Shown here piece by piece: positions 46,521 to 63,124 of a DNA stretch of 64,000 nucleotides (the first letter of the stretch is position 1; every line of letters starts with the position of its first letter). The notes under the pieces were generated by a model. It was given only the letters and a program-made list of their open reading frames with translations. It did not search any database and was not told the DNA's origin. A program made the position numbers and the translations under genes. The stretch is taken from the NCBI RefSeq assembly GCF_009914755.1, contig NC_060927.1. One strand, given 5' to 3'. Source of the DNA: the human T2T-CHM13v2.0 reference genome, Homo sapiens.

Positions 46521-47309
46521 CAGTGCTCAGAGCAACAGCTCTTGGAGCTCCTATCACTTTGGAAAACATATGGGGGCATTTTAGTTGACTCATCGATTGG
46601 GGAATATACCAGGGTCTTTAGAGGATACAGGCCATGGGGCTAGATGTCCTGCAATGCAATTGCCATATGGCTTTCAAGTGATGGTCATATGAGAGAAAAA
46701 CCTACTCATTGTTTTCTGAGCTTACAAATAATTATTTGCATTATCTTAACACATAAAGATGCAACTTTTATGCCAATCAAAGGAAGACTGAATTCATAAC
46801 ATTCAGATGTCACTAAGAGTTGTGCAACATATCAGAAAACACATCAACAGTTGCAACTACACCTTCAATGGGAACCCAGTCAACAACTTGACTCAGTGAT
46901 GTTGGTCTGCTGCTGCAGCCATCACATTCACTGTGATGCTATAAATATATACAAATATACATAACTAGTTATTTTAAATGTCAGATATGAAGAAAAATGA
47001 CTCAGATATTTAGCTGACTACTATCTTATTTCCCTGAAATCCAAGCTTAATTATTACAAGCAGATGCAAGCATTGGCAACCTCATCTTAGATTCCGGTGT
47101 AGTCACGGCTAATCATTTACAGAGTAAAACAACAGATTATATTACAAATTAATGTCCCCGTATTTCTACTTTTATTATACTTAGGGCCTTATGTTGGTTT
47201 TTTTGAGGTCATGTGAGTAAGTTTGTTACATATTCTATTTATTTCATGTCCGTACATAAAGGGGATGTTAGAAATTATTAGTAATATCAATGAGGTTTGA
47301 AAACCACTG
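46521..47309. mobile_element. hAT-Charlie element (MER20B-like)
   Basis: CAGTG...CACTG termini (cagtgctc / tttgaaaaccactg); MER20-like gattgggg...gatgtcctgcaatgca. Confidence 0.65.
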
Positions 47310-47339
47310 ACTCCAAGAAGAGCAACTGAAGGAATAATA

Positions 47340-48340
47340 ATGTTTGTCAAAATGTGGGAAGCCTTGAATGCCAGGTTGGCAGTTTTTTTCTTGTGAGTGT
47401 GTTTTATTTATTTATTTTTATTTTTTACATTTCCCTGCAAGAGGCAGGAAGTTATTACAGTTTTGCAGTGGGAAAGTGGTGTGAAGACAGCTGTGTTCTA
47501 AGATAATTCATACAGTACTGTGTAGGGTGATCTGGGGAGAGGAGAGACCAGAGAGGCAGCAGCTGTAGTCACTGTAATGCTATAATAAAGGCCTGGAAGC
47601 GGGGAAACAGCTGGCAAGATGGAGCTGAGGAAAAATGCAAAGAAGACTCCATCGAGATAAGTGAGTGGCCTGGAGAGGTGAGGAAAGAATCAATGGTAAC
47701 TCCAAGGTCTCTGGCTTTCCTGACAGGGAAGATGTATGGTCCTGAGACAGAAATAGGAAAGGGTAAGGCAAGAAGCTATGTCTGGGAAAAAGGATGAGTT
47801 CAGGTTCAGACATCCTTGAGTTGAAATCAAGAGCGAGACATTCAGATGGAAATAGTGGGCCTTGTTTGGCAATGTGGAACTCAGCCCAAGGAAGACAGGA
47901 TAGATAATCAGGACACAGAAGCACCAGAGATGTAGAGAGGATGGGCTCCCTATCAGGCAAAAAGAGAGGAAAGAAAATTCAGTCCAGGCTGAGGCTCAGA
48001 AAAAATCTACCAGCAAGCAAGGGAAGAAGGCTAAAATATCAACCAGCCAGAGCAGCAGCTGGAGACACATAAAAAATCTCCAAAAGTTCAGTGGTATAAA
48101 AGTCAAAGCAGCTAAAGTGGTGGTGAAATCCATGAAGAAATACCACTGAGATCTTAGAAGGAATGAGGACCAGGACTCAACCACAGAACTTGACATTAAG
48201 AAACTGCTTGTGATCCTCAGGATTGCCACTTCTGTGGTGGCCAGATCAGAAGGCAGACTGGAAGATGATCAATGAGAGAGGAGAAGAAATGCAGGGGGCA
48301 GGAGCAGGGCACCTGTTCTAGAAGCTCAGTGGAGTAAAGG
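47340..48340 (-). mobile_element. L2 fragment
   Basis: gccttgaatgccagg, aactccaaggtctctggct, gatgagttcaggttcagacatccttgagttg antisense L2 motifs. Confidence 0.6.
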
Positions 48341-50285
48341 AGTTTAACAGGTCACCATTACTGACTGCAATATAGAGTATGATGAGAAATGTTGATTTAT
48401 GTAGACAGCAGCTTCAAATCAGACTCAAGAATTGTTAAAAAAAATACGCTTACTCTAAAAATCACTTGGCAAAAAGAAAAACAGAATGAAACACACACAC
48501 ACACACACACATACACACACAGTATCCAACGATTCTTACTTAAGAAGTCAAAAAGAGGAACACCAGCACTTTTTCTAGTTCCTCAGACTTCAGAAAGTAG
48601 CTGGCCTCTATGGCTTGGCCATGAGAGTGATATGCTGAGTCACTGTTTTCCTGAAGGAAAATGAGAATAAAGTGAAAAATCTTGATAGAAATTTCCTTCA
48701 CAGTAAATGTGGGTCACATCTAACCCACATCTAACAAAGAAGTTAATCTTTAGAATAACCTCTCTTGTTCTTAATAAACTGATTTTTTAAAAACCTTAAA
48801 CAAAACTTTACATTTTATATGTCACACTGATCATAAATTGCACTTATTTTTGTTGTGTAAACTCCCCAAAAAGAGATTCTCTTATTTTACACAAAAAATA
48901 AGTGAAATTCACTAATTCAGCAACTGCTGCCTTTAATCACTTCATAAAACTACCAGTTATTCAGTACCTAGTATATTCCAGGCACAACTATAGTTTTAAA
49001 ATAAACTTAGCTTTGTAAAATATAAACGAATATGCAAATTGACTCAATATTCTAATTTATATATTATGGGATGCTGAGTTTTTGTTTTGTTTTGTTTTTA
49101 GAAAATGTCACACCAATGCTGACTAGCAAATTAACTGAGAGTTTTATAGCTTGGCAAATTTGTTTTCACTTTAGAACAATTTATGACAAGAGTCTATAGT
49201 GCATTGTGGCTAATTAATGACTTTTTGGGGTTTGACATACATAATACATTAGCTTTGTGACAGTTTCATCTCAGAGCCTCCTGAATCATCTCTCTCTAAA
49301 ATTTCAAGGCATGTAAGTGGTTGAAAGAATACAAACTCTATTTTCTCTATTGTTTCGTAACAGCTTCTGGTACAAAGGTGATTTGCTTATAAACAGCAAA
49401 GAACAACGGACAGACATAGAGGGTTGATAGAAGACAACTTCGTGTGACTTTAAATTTCCAAAAATATAAAAATGTAACATAATTAGTCTAGAATTCCTAA
49501 TGGTGCTATAATGTCTATGTGCTCATATGGAGGGAAATGATTTTCATTAATGTGAAAAATACACTACTTCTGTTTGAGTAGAATAATTACAACTATCAAT
49601 GATCGAGTACCTCTGTGCCAGAAACTGTTATTTTTAATTTCACAAGAGTTATGACAGGTTGATTATACAGATGAGGAAACTGAAGCTTAGTTAAGTTTAA
49701 CTTTCCAAGGCTACGTAGTTAGGAGGGTGAAATTGTTTACGGGTCTGTTTCTTGATTGGGACAAATGGGATAAATATTAGCTGCTGCTTTTATTATTTTA
49801 GCATCTGCTAAGAGGAAGCCCACTGTGTGAGAAATGCCTCACGGACTTGGAAATTCTAATAGAAAAGAAATATTAAATATATATCTCTTCTCCCAATACT
49901 CTCCCACCTCTGGGCCACCCTAGAACAGAGTAACTTGGAACAGAGTGACTGATAATTCACTCTATGGAGGTGGAGAAAAAATATAAGACTTTGAATGGAG
50001 GCCACAGAGGGGATTGAAGATGTAGGCAGCATGGAAGAGAAGAGATGAAACTCCAAACAAAACATTTTATTCTCCTAGCTACATACCCAGTAAGAGATGG
50101 GGATGCGCTGAGAAGGGCAGGCAAACTCTGAATAGATTGTAAGCACTGAGTCTGTTGTGCACTTCCTAGTGTAGTCTGTGTGGTCTTGTTAGGCTCTAGA
50201 GTTGTTTGCTAATGGACAATTCCACCAGTCTCTAGCACTATTAAACACATAGTACTAGGGTTAGATATCCAAAACTGTATTTCTT

Positions 50286-52853
<2,568 letters not shown>

Positions 52854-54030
52854 TAATTCCATCATCAGAAGATATTACTATTTAAGAGGCAGAGATCCAA
52901 CATCTTCAACATTAACATCATTATGTGCCATAAGGACAGCAAACGACCTGGGAGTAATCCCGTTACCTTCCAGTGAAGTATGACCAATGTTGCCCTGAAA
53001 TTCAGTTGGATCCCTCCCATGTTCCTAATGACACTGGCAAGTAGGCAATTTAAACACTCCATCCATTCCATTTACATAAAATTCTAAGGTTACAACTTAA
53101 TGAGAGCGGGGAGGGAAACTCCAGTCTCTACCCATTAGTTCACAGGTCTGACATTTAAAAATTTGTTAATGTATATTGTTTGTACACAAGCTTCTCTAAA
53201 TCAGACTCATACTCACTTTAGTTCTAAAACAGAAAATCATCTTTTATAACTATTTCAGAAAGAGTTTATCACTGTCCTTAGAATAATGATTTCGTTAGCT
53301 ATTAAACCTTTTCACATGATTTAATGGATGTAAAAACTCTCTGCACTCAAAGATCTTCCCTAAGCAAAAATCTTTCTAGAACTACATGTTATCAGGCAGT
53401 TTTTTTAATGAATAAAGAGTAACCCAGACGTGGTTCCTTCTAGCTACTGAGCTGTGGCTTTGTGAAATGGAATTTACAATTACTAAAAAGAAAACAGCCT
53501 CAAATCCCACAACTCCTTTCACTTAATTATTCATGATATTGATCAGCACATTTATTTTTAAAAACAAATGAAGTTAGAGCAGCACTCATATAGGAAGAAA
53601 ACTTCTTGCTAACTTGCATTACTGTGGACTGGGGAGTTTCTTCTTCAGGGATTTGTACTTTGCATATGGAAATTTTAAAGCCAATCAAACATCATCATAA
53701 CATATTTAAAACAAGCTTACAATGTTAAAAGCCGTCTTTGCAGGTGATACTTCTAATTCACTCATCAAGAGAAGTTTCTGTTTATTGTTCTTAATCATAA
53801 AAATTAGATAACTCTAGCAATACTAAAAATAAATGTGGTAATGATGAAGAAAATAGGAAAAGTCAGCTAGGAGCTGAAAAAATTTCTTCAAATTTTACAA
53901 GTCATGTTCACTTTCAGTAAATCAAAAGACATCAGATATAAAACTTCCTACTACCCATAACAATTAAGTGTATCTTGCAAGCTTCTAGAATAAAACAAAG
54001 GAAATATGTGGGCTCAAGTAGTTCCTTAGA

Positions 54031-54485
54031 GTGGAAGATTATAAAGATGATAGCCTATGATTCCTTTTATGGTTTACATCATGCTGCTCCTCCCCAGAAA
54101 GAGTAGAGTCTGTTTCTCCTACTCTTGATTCTAGACTGGCCTTATGACATGCTTTAACCAACATAAAGTGGGGAGGTGATGCTCTGCCAGTCCCAGACTT
54201 AGACTTAAGAGATTTTCCAGCTTCCACCTTCCCTCTCTTGGAATATAAGAGAAAAGAAAGCAAACCTGGAAAGCTGGATGATGATAAGTGAGAGACACCA
54301 AGCCATCCAGATCCCAGCCATTTCGGTTGCCCCACCGGAGGCACCAACCTTGTAAGTGAAGACATCTTGGATTCTCCAGCCCAAGTCAAGCTATAGCAAC
54401 CAACACCATATGGATCAAAGATGAGATGTCTTTGAAGAGCCTTCTTCAAACTCCAAACCCACAAAGAATTGTAGGTAATAAAGTA
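54031..54485 (+). mobile_element. MLT1G/H-like MaLR LTR
   Basis: gagtctgtttctcctactcttgattctagactggccttatgac, gtaagtgaagacatcttggat. Confidence 0.65.
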
Positions 54486-54497
54486 AATTTTTAAAAA

Positions 54498-54582
54498 TTA
54501 TTTTTATTTTTTTTGTGGCCCAGGCTGAGTGCAGTGGCATGATCGCAGCTCACTGAAGTCTTGACCTCCCTGGCCCAAGCCA
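54498..54582 (-). mobile_element. Short AluJ/FLAM 3' fragment
   Basis: T tract then gcccaggctgagtgcagtggcatgatcgcagctcactg. Confidence 0.75.
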
Positions 54583-55417
54583 TAGATAATCAATAAATTT
54601 ACAGTAGAATTCAATATAATGTGATTTTAAGTTATAGTGAAAGTTACTGTGTCCTTTAATATAGTAAGAAATTCATACTAATTCTATAAAAAAATCAATG
54701 AAAAATACTTCCTGAGACATCTACTACATATAAGGCACTAAGATAACATTAATTCTAGTAATATCAACCATTTAATGTGAGCTTAAATATGATTAGTTAG
54801 TCATCAAATATGTATGAAATGTCTAGTAAGATCCAGGTAGTGTGCTGGGCACAGGTGACCAGCATTCAGAGAAATTTCGCAGTTTAGATAGGTATACAGG
54901 CAAGCAAAAGGCAAATATAATACAGTATAATAATTGCTATCATAACAAAGAGTTAACATTTAGATGTAGAGATATTTTTAAAATCTAAATATAACTATTT
55001 TGAAGCAATATGAAAAGCATCATAAGAAAGGTAGCTACACTGCTCATTTGTTGTAAGGATTGAAGTGGTTAGCATAACACTTAACACATAATTAATCCAC
55101 ATTGAGTGATGCTAAAAATCTGAACTACATAAATGGTTGCAAGAATTCAAGCAGGGAGAGATCATGAGTGGTTTGTAGGTTATTTATGGATTTTATCTAA
55201 TTTGTTCAGTAATTTGGAGAACCTACTCTATGCCAGGCACTGGGATACAGGGGTAGCCAAGAAATACAAGTTTCCTGCTTTGATACTGCTCAATTTGGAA
55301 AACAGACATGAAATAAGGGTAATGAGTGATAAAGAAAAGCAGAGCAAAAGACTGTCATCTGTTCAAGAGAGTGCCATTTAATCTGAAACTTGGTAGATGA
55401 GTAAGAATGACCCAGGT

Positions 55418-55664
55418 CAGCACTCTCCAACCTTTTTGGCACCAGGGACCGGTTTCATGGAAGACTATTTTTCCATGAACCAGGTGGGGGCCAGGGATAG
55501 TTTGGAGATGAAACTGCTCCAACTCAGATCATCAGGCATTAGATTCTCATAAGGAGCATGCCACATGTAGATCCCTCACATACGCAATTCACAAATGGGT
55601 TTGCACTCCTATGAGGATCTCATGCCACCACTGACCTGACAGGCGGCAGAGCTCAGGCAGTGAT
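55418..55664 (+). mobile_element. MER1B-like hAT-Charlie element, 3' truncated
   Basis: ccaacctttttggcaccagggaccggtttcatggaagac ... cattagattctcataaggagc ... cagagctcaggcagt. Confidence 0.85.
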
Positions 55665-56992
55665 AGGTAATAGTAATAGGATACAAAAAACCATGTACAA
55701 GCCACCAAAGCCTCTGTGGGAAATGACTAACTGAATGTGAAATGTTCATATTGCATCAGCCAAGGCAAGTCACCTGACCAAGCCTTCCAACATCAATGGG
55801 GCAGAGAAGATGCACCCTCTCCCAGAGGTGAGTAATGACTCCCAATGATTTCTCAATAGCAATAAGGCAAACATTTGGATAGATAGGTCTAGATCTTTAC
55901 ATAATGCTGATGGGACTACAGAGACATGAAGAGAGAACATTATGTTGAACCTTAAAAAGGATGGGTGTGATCTTGACAGAAGTAAAGAAAACCATTAAGA
56001 GCATTCCAGGCATAAATGTAGGGCAATGAAAAGGAAAGCACAGTTGGTTGACGACAGTTTTTTATTTATGTCCATGTTTCTCTCTTTACAAGTGAGGAAG
56101 AAAAAAGAGAGGGAAAAATGAATTAATCATATGTGGGATAAGAAGAGTGGGACAATCAAGGGCTCTCTGACCTAAAGAGCGGAGAAAGAGGGAGAGCCTT
56201 GGAAAGAAAGGAAGAAAAAAGGTTTAAGGTGAATAGGGGAGTTGAAAGACGTCCTGAAAAGCAAACTCAATTTCAACCCTATAGATGAAATCCTATAAAT
56301 GTGGAGAAAAGTGGGACCAACTTGGGGTCTGAGATCAGTAGAAAAGTTCACTCACAATCACTACGGAGGAGAAAGCAATAGTTCCCATTTACAGTTATAT
56401 AAATTTTTCTTCCAAGTGGAGGCTGTTCTAGAATGAAAAATGCACTGCTTCTGGACGTGGGAAATATGGGTTTCATTTCTGGTTTGGTCATTAACCTGTT
56501 ATTTGACCTGAGGCACTCTATGAATCTTTTTAGTCTCACTGGTAAAATGCATTCTAAGACTTGCTTTATAAGATTTTTTGAATGAAAGTTAAAAGCTATC
56601 TACAGAGATAATTCACCCAGATCCAACCCCCCAGTGTGCAGTCTATTACTTTAGATTCAAAACAGGCCATGACCTCAGATTTACCTTCACACTCTAATAA
56701 CATTCAAGTAGTCAACACTACCCAAATCATGGCCTTTCACTATAGCAACTAAAATTCACCAAGTAGCCGCTAAAACACACTCTCAAATCCAACCATGGAA
56801 GTGATTCGTGGGTTTAAGAGCATGCCAGGCCAGATTTTTTCAACCAGAAATCCTGTACTTTGACTTCCAACTCTCCAAATCTGGAGGAGTCATCAATCCT
56901 ACATTCATATGAAACCTTCCTTGATCATTCTACCTCAGTTTCCTTTAATTCTTCCCAACTCTCTGTTCTTTTAGCATACAGCATCTCTCTTA

Positions 56993-57151
56993 TTAGGTTA
57001 GTGTTGTTGTCTTTATTATTCACTACATGAGACTTACATATATAAACATATGTATATCATATATATTTACATATATAATATATGTCCTATATTTTTATAT
57101 TTATATAAAAGTCACATGTAGTGAATAATAAAGACAACAACACTAACCTAA
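56993..57151. repeat. Near-perfect palindrome: 43-bp arms with a 73-bp AT-rich spacer
   Basis: 56993-57035 is the reverse complement of 57109-57151 at 42/43 positions (outer 37 bp perfect). Confidence 0.97.
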
Positions 57152-57340
57152 CTGCAGAGCTCAATGGGTAGCATCTAATGAGTTTTGCTAAGGGCCTGGC
57201 CTTATCTCATGGATTCCTTACAATAGATTCATACAGTAGAAACCATTATTCCAACTTTACAGGTGAAGAAACTGAGACTTAGAGAAGGCAGTTAATTTGC
57301 CCAAGGTAAGAAACTATCAAGTGGCAGACAGAGATTCCAT
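57152..57340 (-). mobile_element. MIR
   Basis: ttattccaactttacaggtgaagaaactgagacttagag...aatttgcccaaggt. Confidence 0.7.
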
Positions 57341-57638
57341 GGAATAAGAAGCATACAGATTACTACTAGACAAAACTAACTGATACTCTTCACTACATTT
57401 CCAAATACATATCTGAGTTCTTTTACTTGAACGGTACACTCTTGAAGAATTTCATTATATTTCCCACCTCTGTGTGTTATTGGGTCTCACAAACGGCTCC
57501 TTCACTTAGGCAGTAATTAGAGGTATAATTTATTCATAAGCAATAAAGTGACAGTTTACATTTCCTGTTTCTAATTTGAAAGGCAACTAAAAACTAGAGG
57601 GCATTTACAATGCTTAATGGATGTGAGGTTTGGTGGTA

Positions 57639-58314
57639 TGACAGATTGCATTATTGGCCCAAATTCTTCACCCTTTTTTGTATTTATGCTTTCGGTCATG
57701 TGACACTGCAGTTCCTCCCACTAATGAGGCAGAGGATAATTCCCCACCCTTGACTTGGGTTTGGCCATGTTTTTTTGTTATGGCCAACAGTATGAGGCAG
57801 AAGTGGTAATATTCCAGTAGCAATACAAGATCTTAAGAGACCTTGTGTGTTTGCCTCTTATCTCTTTGCATCCCTGCAATTGGCATGAGAATAATTTCCA
57901 TCAGGGAGCTTCTCCTTCAGAATCAGTTCCACCATGAGACATATGGAAACAATAGAGCCAGACAGTCCTGCAGATTGAGCAAAGTAACCATACCAGCCCA
58001 GCCTAGATAAGCCAACTCCCAGCTGACCCATAAAAATATGAACAGGCCAGGCATGATGGCTCATGCCTATAATCCCAGTACTTTGGGAGGCTTGAGACAG
58101 GAGGATCATTTCTGCCCCAGAGTTCGAGACCAGCCTGGAAGTACAAAAAATTAAAAATTAGCCAGGCACGGTGGTGCATGGCTGTAGTCCCAGCTACTTG
58201 GGAGGCTAAGGTAAGACGATCACTTGAGCCTTAAGCCTAGGAGTTCAAGCCTGCAGTAAGCCATGATCGCACCACTATACTCCAGCCCAGGCCACAGAGC
58301 AAGACCTGGTCTCA

Positions 58315-58345
<31 letters not shown>

Positions 58346-58490
58346 AAACAAAACTTAGTTCAGCAGAACCACCCTAGCCAATGTGACAGAGTGAGAGATA
58401 TATAAACATATGTTATTTTAGACTATTGAAATTTGGGGAGGGGGGCTTTTTTCTACATAGAATTATTGTGGTAACAGCTAATTCATGTGG
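57639..58490 (+). mobile_element. MLT1H-like LTR interrupted by AluJ
   Basis: ggcccaaattcttcaccc, gcagttcctcccacta, cagcccagcctagataagccaact; resumes after 58341. Confidence 0.7.
58045..58341 (+). mobile_element. AluJ with an internal left-arm deletion and long A tail
   Basis: ggccaggcatgatggctc...; cagcctgg joined almost directly to tacaaaaaatt; TSD-like aaaaatatgaaca / aaaaaaaagaaca. Confidence 0.9.
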
Positions 58491-58719
58491 GTAAATGGTA
58501 TTTTTGTTCGCAAATATTCATTATTCACTCTCAGCTTTAGTGGTTTGGTTTAGTTTTTTGTACTTCTGCCATAAGCTGTAGAGACTATAATAAAATCTCA
58601 GACTTCCAGTCAGATTACTTGATTAGATAAGAACTTTTGGGGCATAGTTCTTGTTAAGGGTGTGGATGTAATTTATGTACATGTGACTAAGAGTATATTT
58701 TGTGTGTATGAGATCAAGA

Positions 58720-59595
58720 GAGGTAGAATACACATATAAACTATACTACTGTTTGTAAGCACTTGCTTACCTCCCCTTCCTTAATTAGCCCTGTGACTTC
58801 TGGCCAATAAAATGTGAGAAAACTTGACATATGACCAGTCGTACCAAAGTTTTGAATACAATTGCATGGTCTAGCTAAGTCTCTTGTGTTTCTGCCCTCA
58901 CTAATGTGAACAGAATGTCCCAGATAAGGGTCATTCTTAACTTGGGCTCCTTAGAGACAAAATCTGAAATGAAGAAGGTTTATTGAGGAGTGCTCTTGAA
59001 AGAAACTACTGTAAAGGCAGAGGGGGACCCTAAAACTTAAAGTACTTGCAACTGAGGTCTCAGCTGATCCTTACTCCAGGGCTGGGATGGCCCCTCTTGG
59101 CTACCTCTCTTGATCTCATACACACAAAATATATTCTTAGTCACAGGTATATAAATTACATGCACAGAGTTGTCCAAATTAAGCCAACTCCAGTCTTTGT
59201 GCTTTTGCAACAGTCAGTCACTGATTATGGACCACTACTCAGAGGAAGCACAACCTTGGCTGAGACAGTTCCCCTAAGGCAAAGGGAAATTCCCAGTGGG
59301 GAGTGAAGATGTCAGCTACATGGCAGCTGATATTCCAGTAAGGTGGTGGATACATATGTGGTCCTTAAATAGTGGGCCTGGATTGGGCACCACAGTATCC
59401 ACTACAAAACTGTCTCTTCAACCTAGATCCTAGAAGAATAAGCCACATAGAGCAGGCACATAGCCAATGCACAATATGGAAGAGCAATGCTGATCCAAAG
59501 CTGACCCACAGCTCTCATGCAACGCAGATGAATAATGCTTGCTAGAAGCCACTGAGATTTTTGAATTGTTATCAAAGCAAAAGCCGACTGTTACA
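58720..59595. mobile_element. MLT1J-like LTR (+) with an LTR16C-like LTR (-, ~58930-59406) nested inside
   Basis: MLT1J pieces (gacttctggccaataaaatgtgag; aagccactgagattttt); antisense LTR16 (tttattgaggagtgctcttg, cagagttgtcc, caccacagtatccactaca). Confidence 0.6.
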
Positions 59596-59676
59596 TTTAT
59601 ACAACAACAAAAAAGATATCTCACATTTTTAAGCAGTTACTTACTTTTTTTAAGTACTTTTTTTATACTGAGTTTG

Positions 59677-61462
59677 AAATGGAAGAAGATACAAATAAAT
59701 GGAAAGATATCCTACGTTTATGGACTAGAAGAAATAATATTATTAAAATGTCCATATCACCCAAAGCAATCTACAGATTCAGTGCAAGTCCTAACAAAAT
59801 TCCAAAGACATTTTTCACAGAAATAGAAAAAAAAATCCTAAAATTTATATGGAATCACAAAAGACCCTCAATAACCAAAGCAATCTTGAGCAAAAAGAAC
59901 AAGCTGGAGGCATCACACTACCTAACTTCAAAATATGCTACAAAGCACAGCAATCAAAACAGCATGGTGCTGGCATCAAAACAGAACGCATATCCCATCA
60001 GAACAGAACAGAGAGTCAAGAAATAAATCCATGCAGTTACAGTCAACTGATTTTGACAAAATTGCCAAGAACACATAATGAAGAAGGGACAGTCTCTTCA
60101 ATACATGGTGTTGGGACAACTAGATTTATGCAGAAGAATGAAATTAAACCTTTATCTCACACCATTTACAAAAATTAACTCAAAATGAATTAAAGGCTTA
60201 AACACAAGACCTGAAACCATAAAACTACTAGAAGGAAGCACAGGGGAAAGGCTCCATGACAGTGGTCTAGGCAATGATTTTTTGGATATAACCCCAAAAG
60301 CACAGGCAACAAATGTGAAAACAATTAAATGAGCTCAATTCAAACTAAAAAGCTTCTGCACAGCCAAGGAAAGAATCAACAGGAAGAAGAGACAATCCAT
60401 GGACTAGAGAAAATATCTGCAAACCACACATCTGTAAGAGGTTAATATTCAGAATGTATAAGGAACTCAAACAACTCCATAGCAAGAAAACAAATAACCT
60501 AATTTTAAAATAGGCAAAGATCAGAAAAAACATTTATCAAAAGAATACATAGAAATAGCAAATGGGTATATGAAAAGGTGTTCAACCTCACCAATCATCC
60601 AAGAAATGCAAATTAAAATCATAATGAGCTATCACCTTACACTCATTAGAACAGGTATTATCAAAAAGACAAAAGGTAAATGTTGGAGAGGATGTGGAGA
60701 AACCTTGCACACTGACAGAGGGAATGTCAATTGCTGTAACCATTATAGAAATCAGTATGGAGGGTCCTCAAATAATTAAAAATATAACTACCATAGGAAC
60801 TAGCAATAGGAATACTGGGCATATAGTCAAAGGAAATGAAATCAGTATGTCAGAGATATCTGCACTCCTGTGTTCATCGCAGCATTATTCACAATAGCCA
60901 AGATATTCAATACAAATTTAAGTGTCCAACAACAGATGAATAAAATGTGGTATATACACACAATGGAATATTATGCAGCCATTGAAAAGGAAGGAAATTA
61001 TTTCAATTGTGACAGTCTGGATGAATTTGAAGGACATTCTGTAAAGTGAAATAAGCCAGACAAATAAAGACAAATACCACTTGATCTCACTTACATATGG
61101 AATCTAAAAAAGTTGAAATCATAGAAGTAGAGAATAGAATGGTGGTTACCAGGGGGGTGAGGAGGGAGGTTTAGGGAGATGTTGGTCAAAGGATACAGAA
61201 TTTCTGTTGGACAAGAAGAATAAGTTCAAGAGATCTATTATACAACATGGTGACTATAATTAATAATGCATTGTATTCTTGAAAATCACTAAGAGAATAG
61301 ATTTTAAGCTTTTTCACCATACAAAAAATAAGCATGTGATATAATATGTTATTTAGCTCAATTTATTCATTCTACAATGTGTACATATTTTAAGACATCA
61401 TGTTGTATACAATAAATATATATAATTTTCCAAATTAAAAGTAATTATATTAATTTTTAAAA
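59677..61462 (+). mobile_element. 5'-truncated L1MA (MA5-MA7-like)
   Basis: ORF2 fragments ([26 protein letters not shown]); L1MA 3'UTR (gagatctattatacaacatggtgactata); TSD AGTTTG at 59671-59676 and 61463-61468. Confidence 0.85.
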
Positions 61463-61469
61463 AGTTTGT

Positions 61470-61961
61470 GTGTGTTATTGCTGCATAAACTACCCCCAAA
61501 ATAAATAGCTTAAACAAAGAATTTATTATCTGATGATTTTGAATTTGACCTGAGCTCAGCTGAGCATTTAGTTTGGTAGTTTTGCCCGGAGCCACTCGAG
61601 TAACATAAGTCATCTGATAGCTTAATTGGGACTGATGGCCTCACTCACATCACTGGCTACCAGTTTTGGCTACTGGCCAGCTATTGGCTACTAGCTATCT
61701 CTGTGTGACCTGTGTTTCTCAAGGAGGCTTGCCTGGACTTCTCCACAGGGCAGACTCAGTGTGCAAGAATAGAAGCTCCCAGGCTTAGGAGCAGAATTCA
61801 CAATAACGTCAGTTGAGCCACATTTTATTTTTCAAATTCAATAGGCTAACTCAGATTCAAGGGAAAGGGAAATGGACTCCATTGCTTGAAGGTAAGAGTG
61901 AGTCACCATGCAAACTGCCAAGGAAGGTATTGTGGCCACCATCTTGCAAACAGTCTATTAT
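61470..61961 (-). mobile_element. MLT1 (G/H-like) MaLR LTR
   Basis: tattgctgcataaactacccccaaaa ... gatggcctcactcacat ... cagattcaagggaaagggaaatggactcca ... gccaccatcttgcaaa. Confidence 0.65.
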
Positions 61962-63124
61962 AGGCCTGATGTGTGTTTTATCTTTTTCTGAAGTTATTTT
62001 TCTCTAAATAGCAAACTTAATACATTTTACATCCCCTATTCCCATCCTGCCCTCTCCCCTCAAAAAAAAGTGTGAGTAAACATATGCAATTTTTCCACTA
62101 GAGACCATTGAAAGCATTCAGCCACTATGGGTCAATACAGAAGAGTCTATTCAAAAACACAACCAAAAGCAAACAGGAACACTAAAAAAAGGAAAAGAAG
62201 AGGGAGACAGATACAGAGAGGCAGATAAAAAGATGGAGGAAGAAGCAGCAGAGGAAGAAGAGATTGAGTAACTTTAAAAACAGGGGCATATTAATCTTAT
62301 ATACAATCTAAAATGCCTCCCCATCATTTGATTTTAATCTCTTCTGCTTGAACGCTTACAAGATGTCTGTAATTCATCCCTCACAAGTTTATGATTTGGG
62401 ATTAACTCTATCCCCTATCCTAATCTATGTCTTATGCATTTTGTGTGTGTGTCCGTGTGGGTGTGTGTCTGTGTGTGTATACATGCACACATGTGAGAGT
62501 ATGTATGTGTGAATGGGTGGGTTGGGTTATTGAAGGTCAAAGTAGGGTAGGAAGAAGAATGACAGAAATAATCATATTATAAAAATAGAATATAAAAAGT
62601 CAAAACTCAGAAAAATGCCCTAACTCTGAAAAATGACAAAAAATGATATTTTCCAAGCAAGTCATAATATAGAACTATTTAAAGCAACAGACAATTATGG
62701 CACTATCAGATTAAAAAGGATATTGACTATATTCTAGAATTTGCCATTATATGGAAATACACCCTTCACTTGTAAGCATCTTCATAGAATGCATGGTTTG
62801 TTTCACAATATAACGAAACCCATATATTAAGACCCTTTTGTTCTTTTTAAAAACTAATGTTGCCATTAAAGTTTACAGACTTAATTTCACAGGGCAACTG
62901 CTGCTTAACACTAATGAAACAACAGCGCAATACATTACTACTAAATAGAAACATGTATATCTCCATATTACATATGAAGAAAAAAATTTATGTACTCCAA
63001 TGAATAAAAGGAGAAACTTGGGCCTGCATGGCTCACATTTCAAAACCATACAGTCCATGCACAAAGCTTTTGATCAGTTTTATTTAAAATAAATAGAAGC
63101 CCTAGTAAGAAGAGAAAAATTAAC

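Noticed and set aside
46204-50267. Spacer between the L1s already inverted in this haplotype
   Set aside because: Both L1s keep their own TSD pair in direct orientation; a net NAHR inversion would have swapped them.
52960-53000. Minus-strand 28-nt microexon (tttcag|...gaag|gtaacg)
   Set aside because: No polypyrimidine tract and no gene context.
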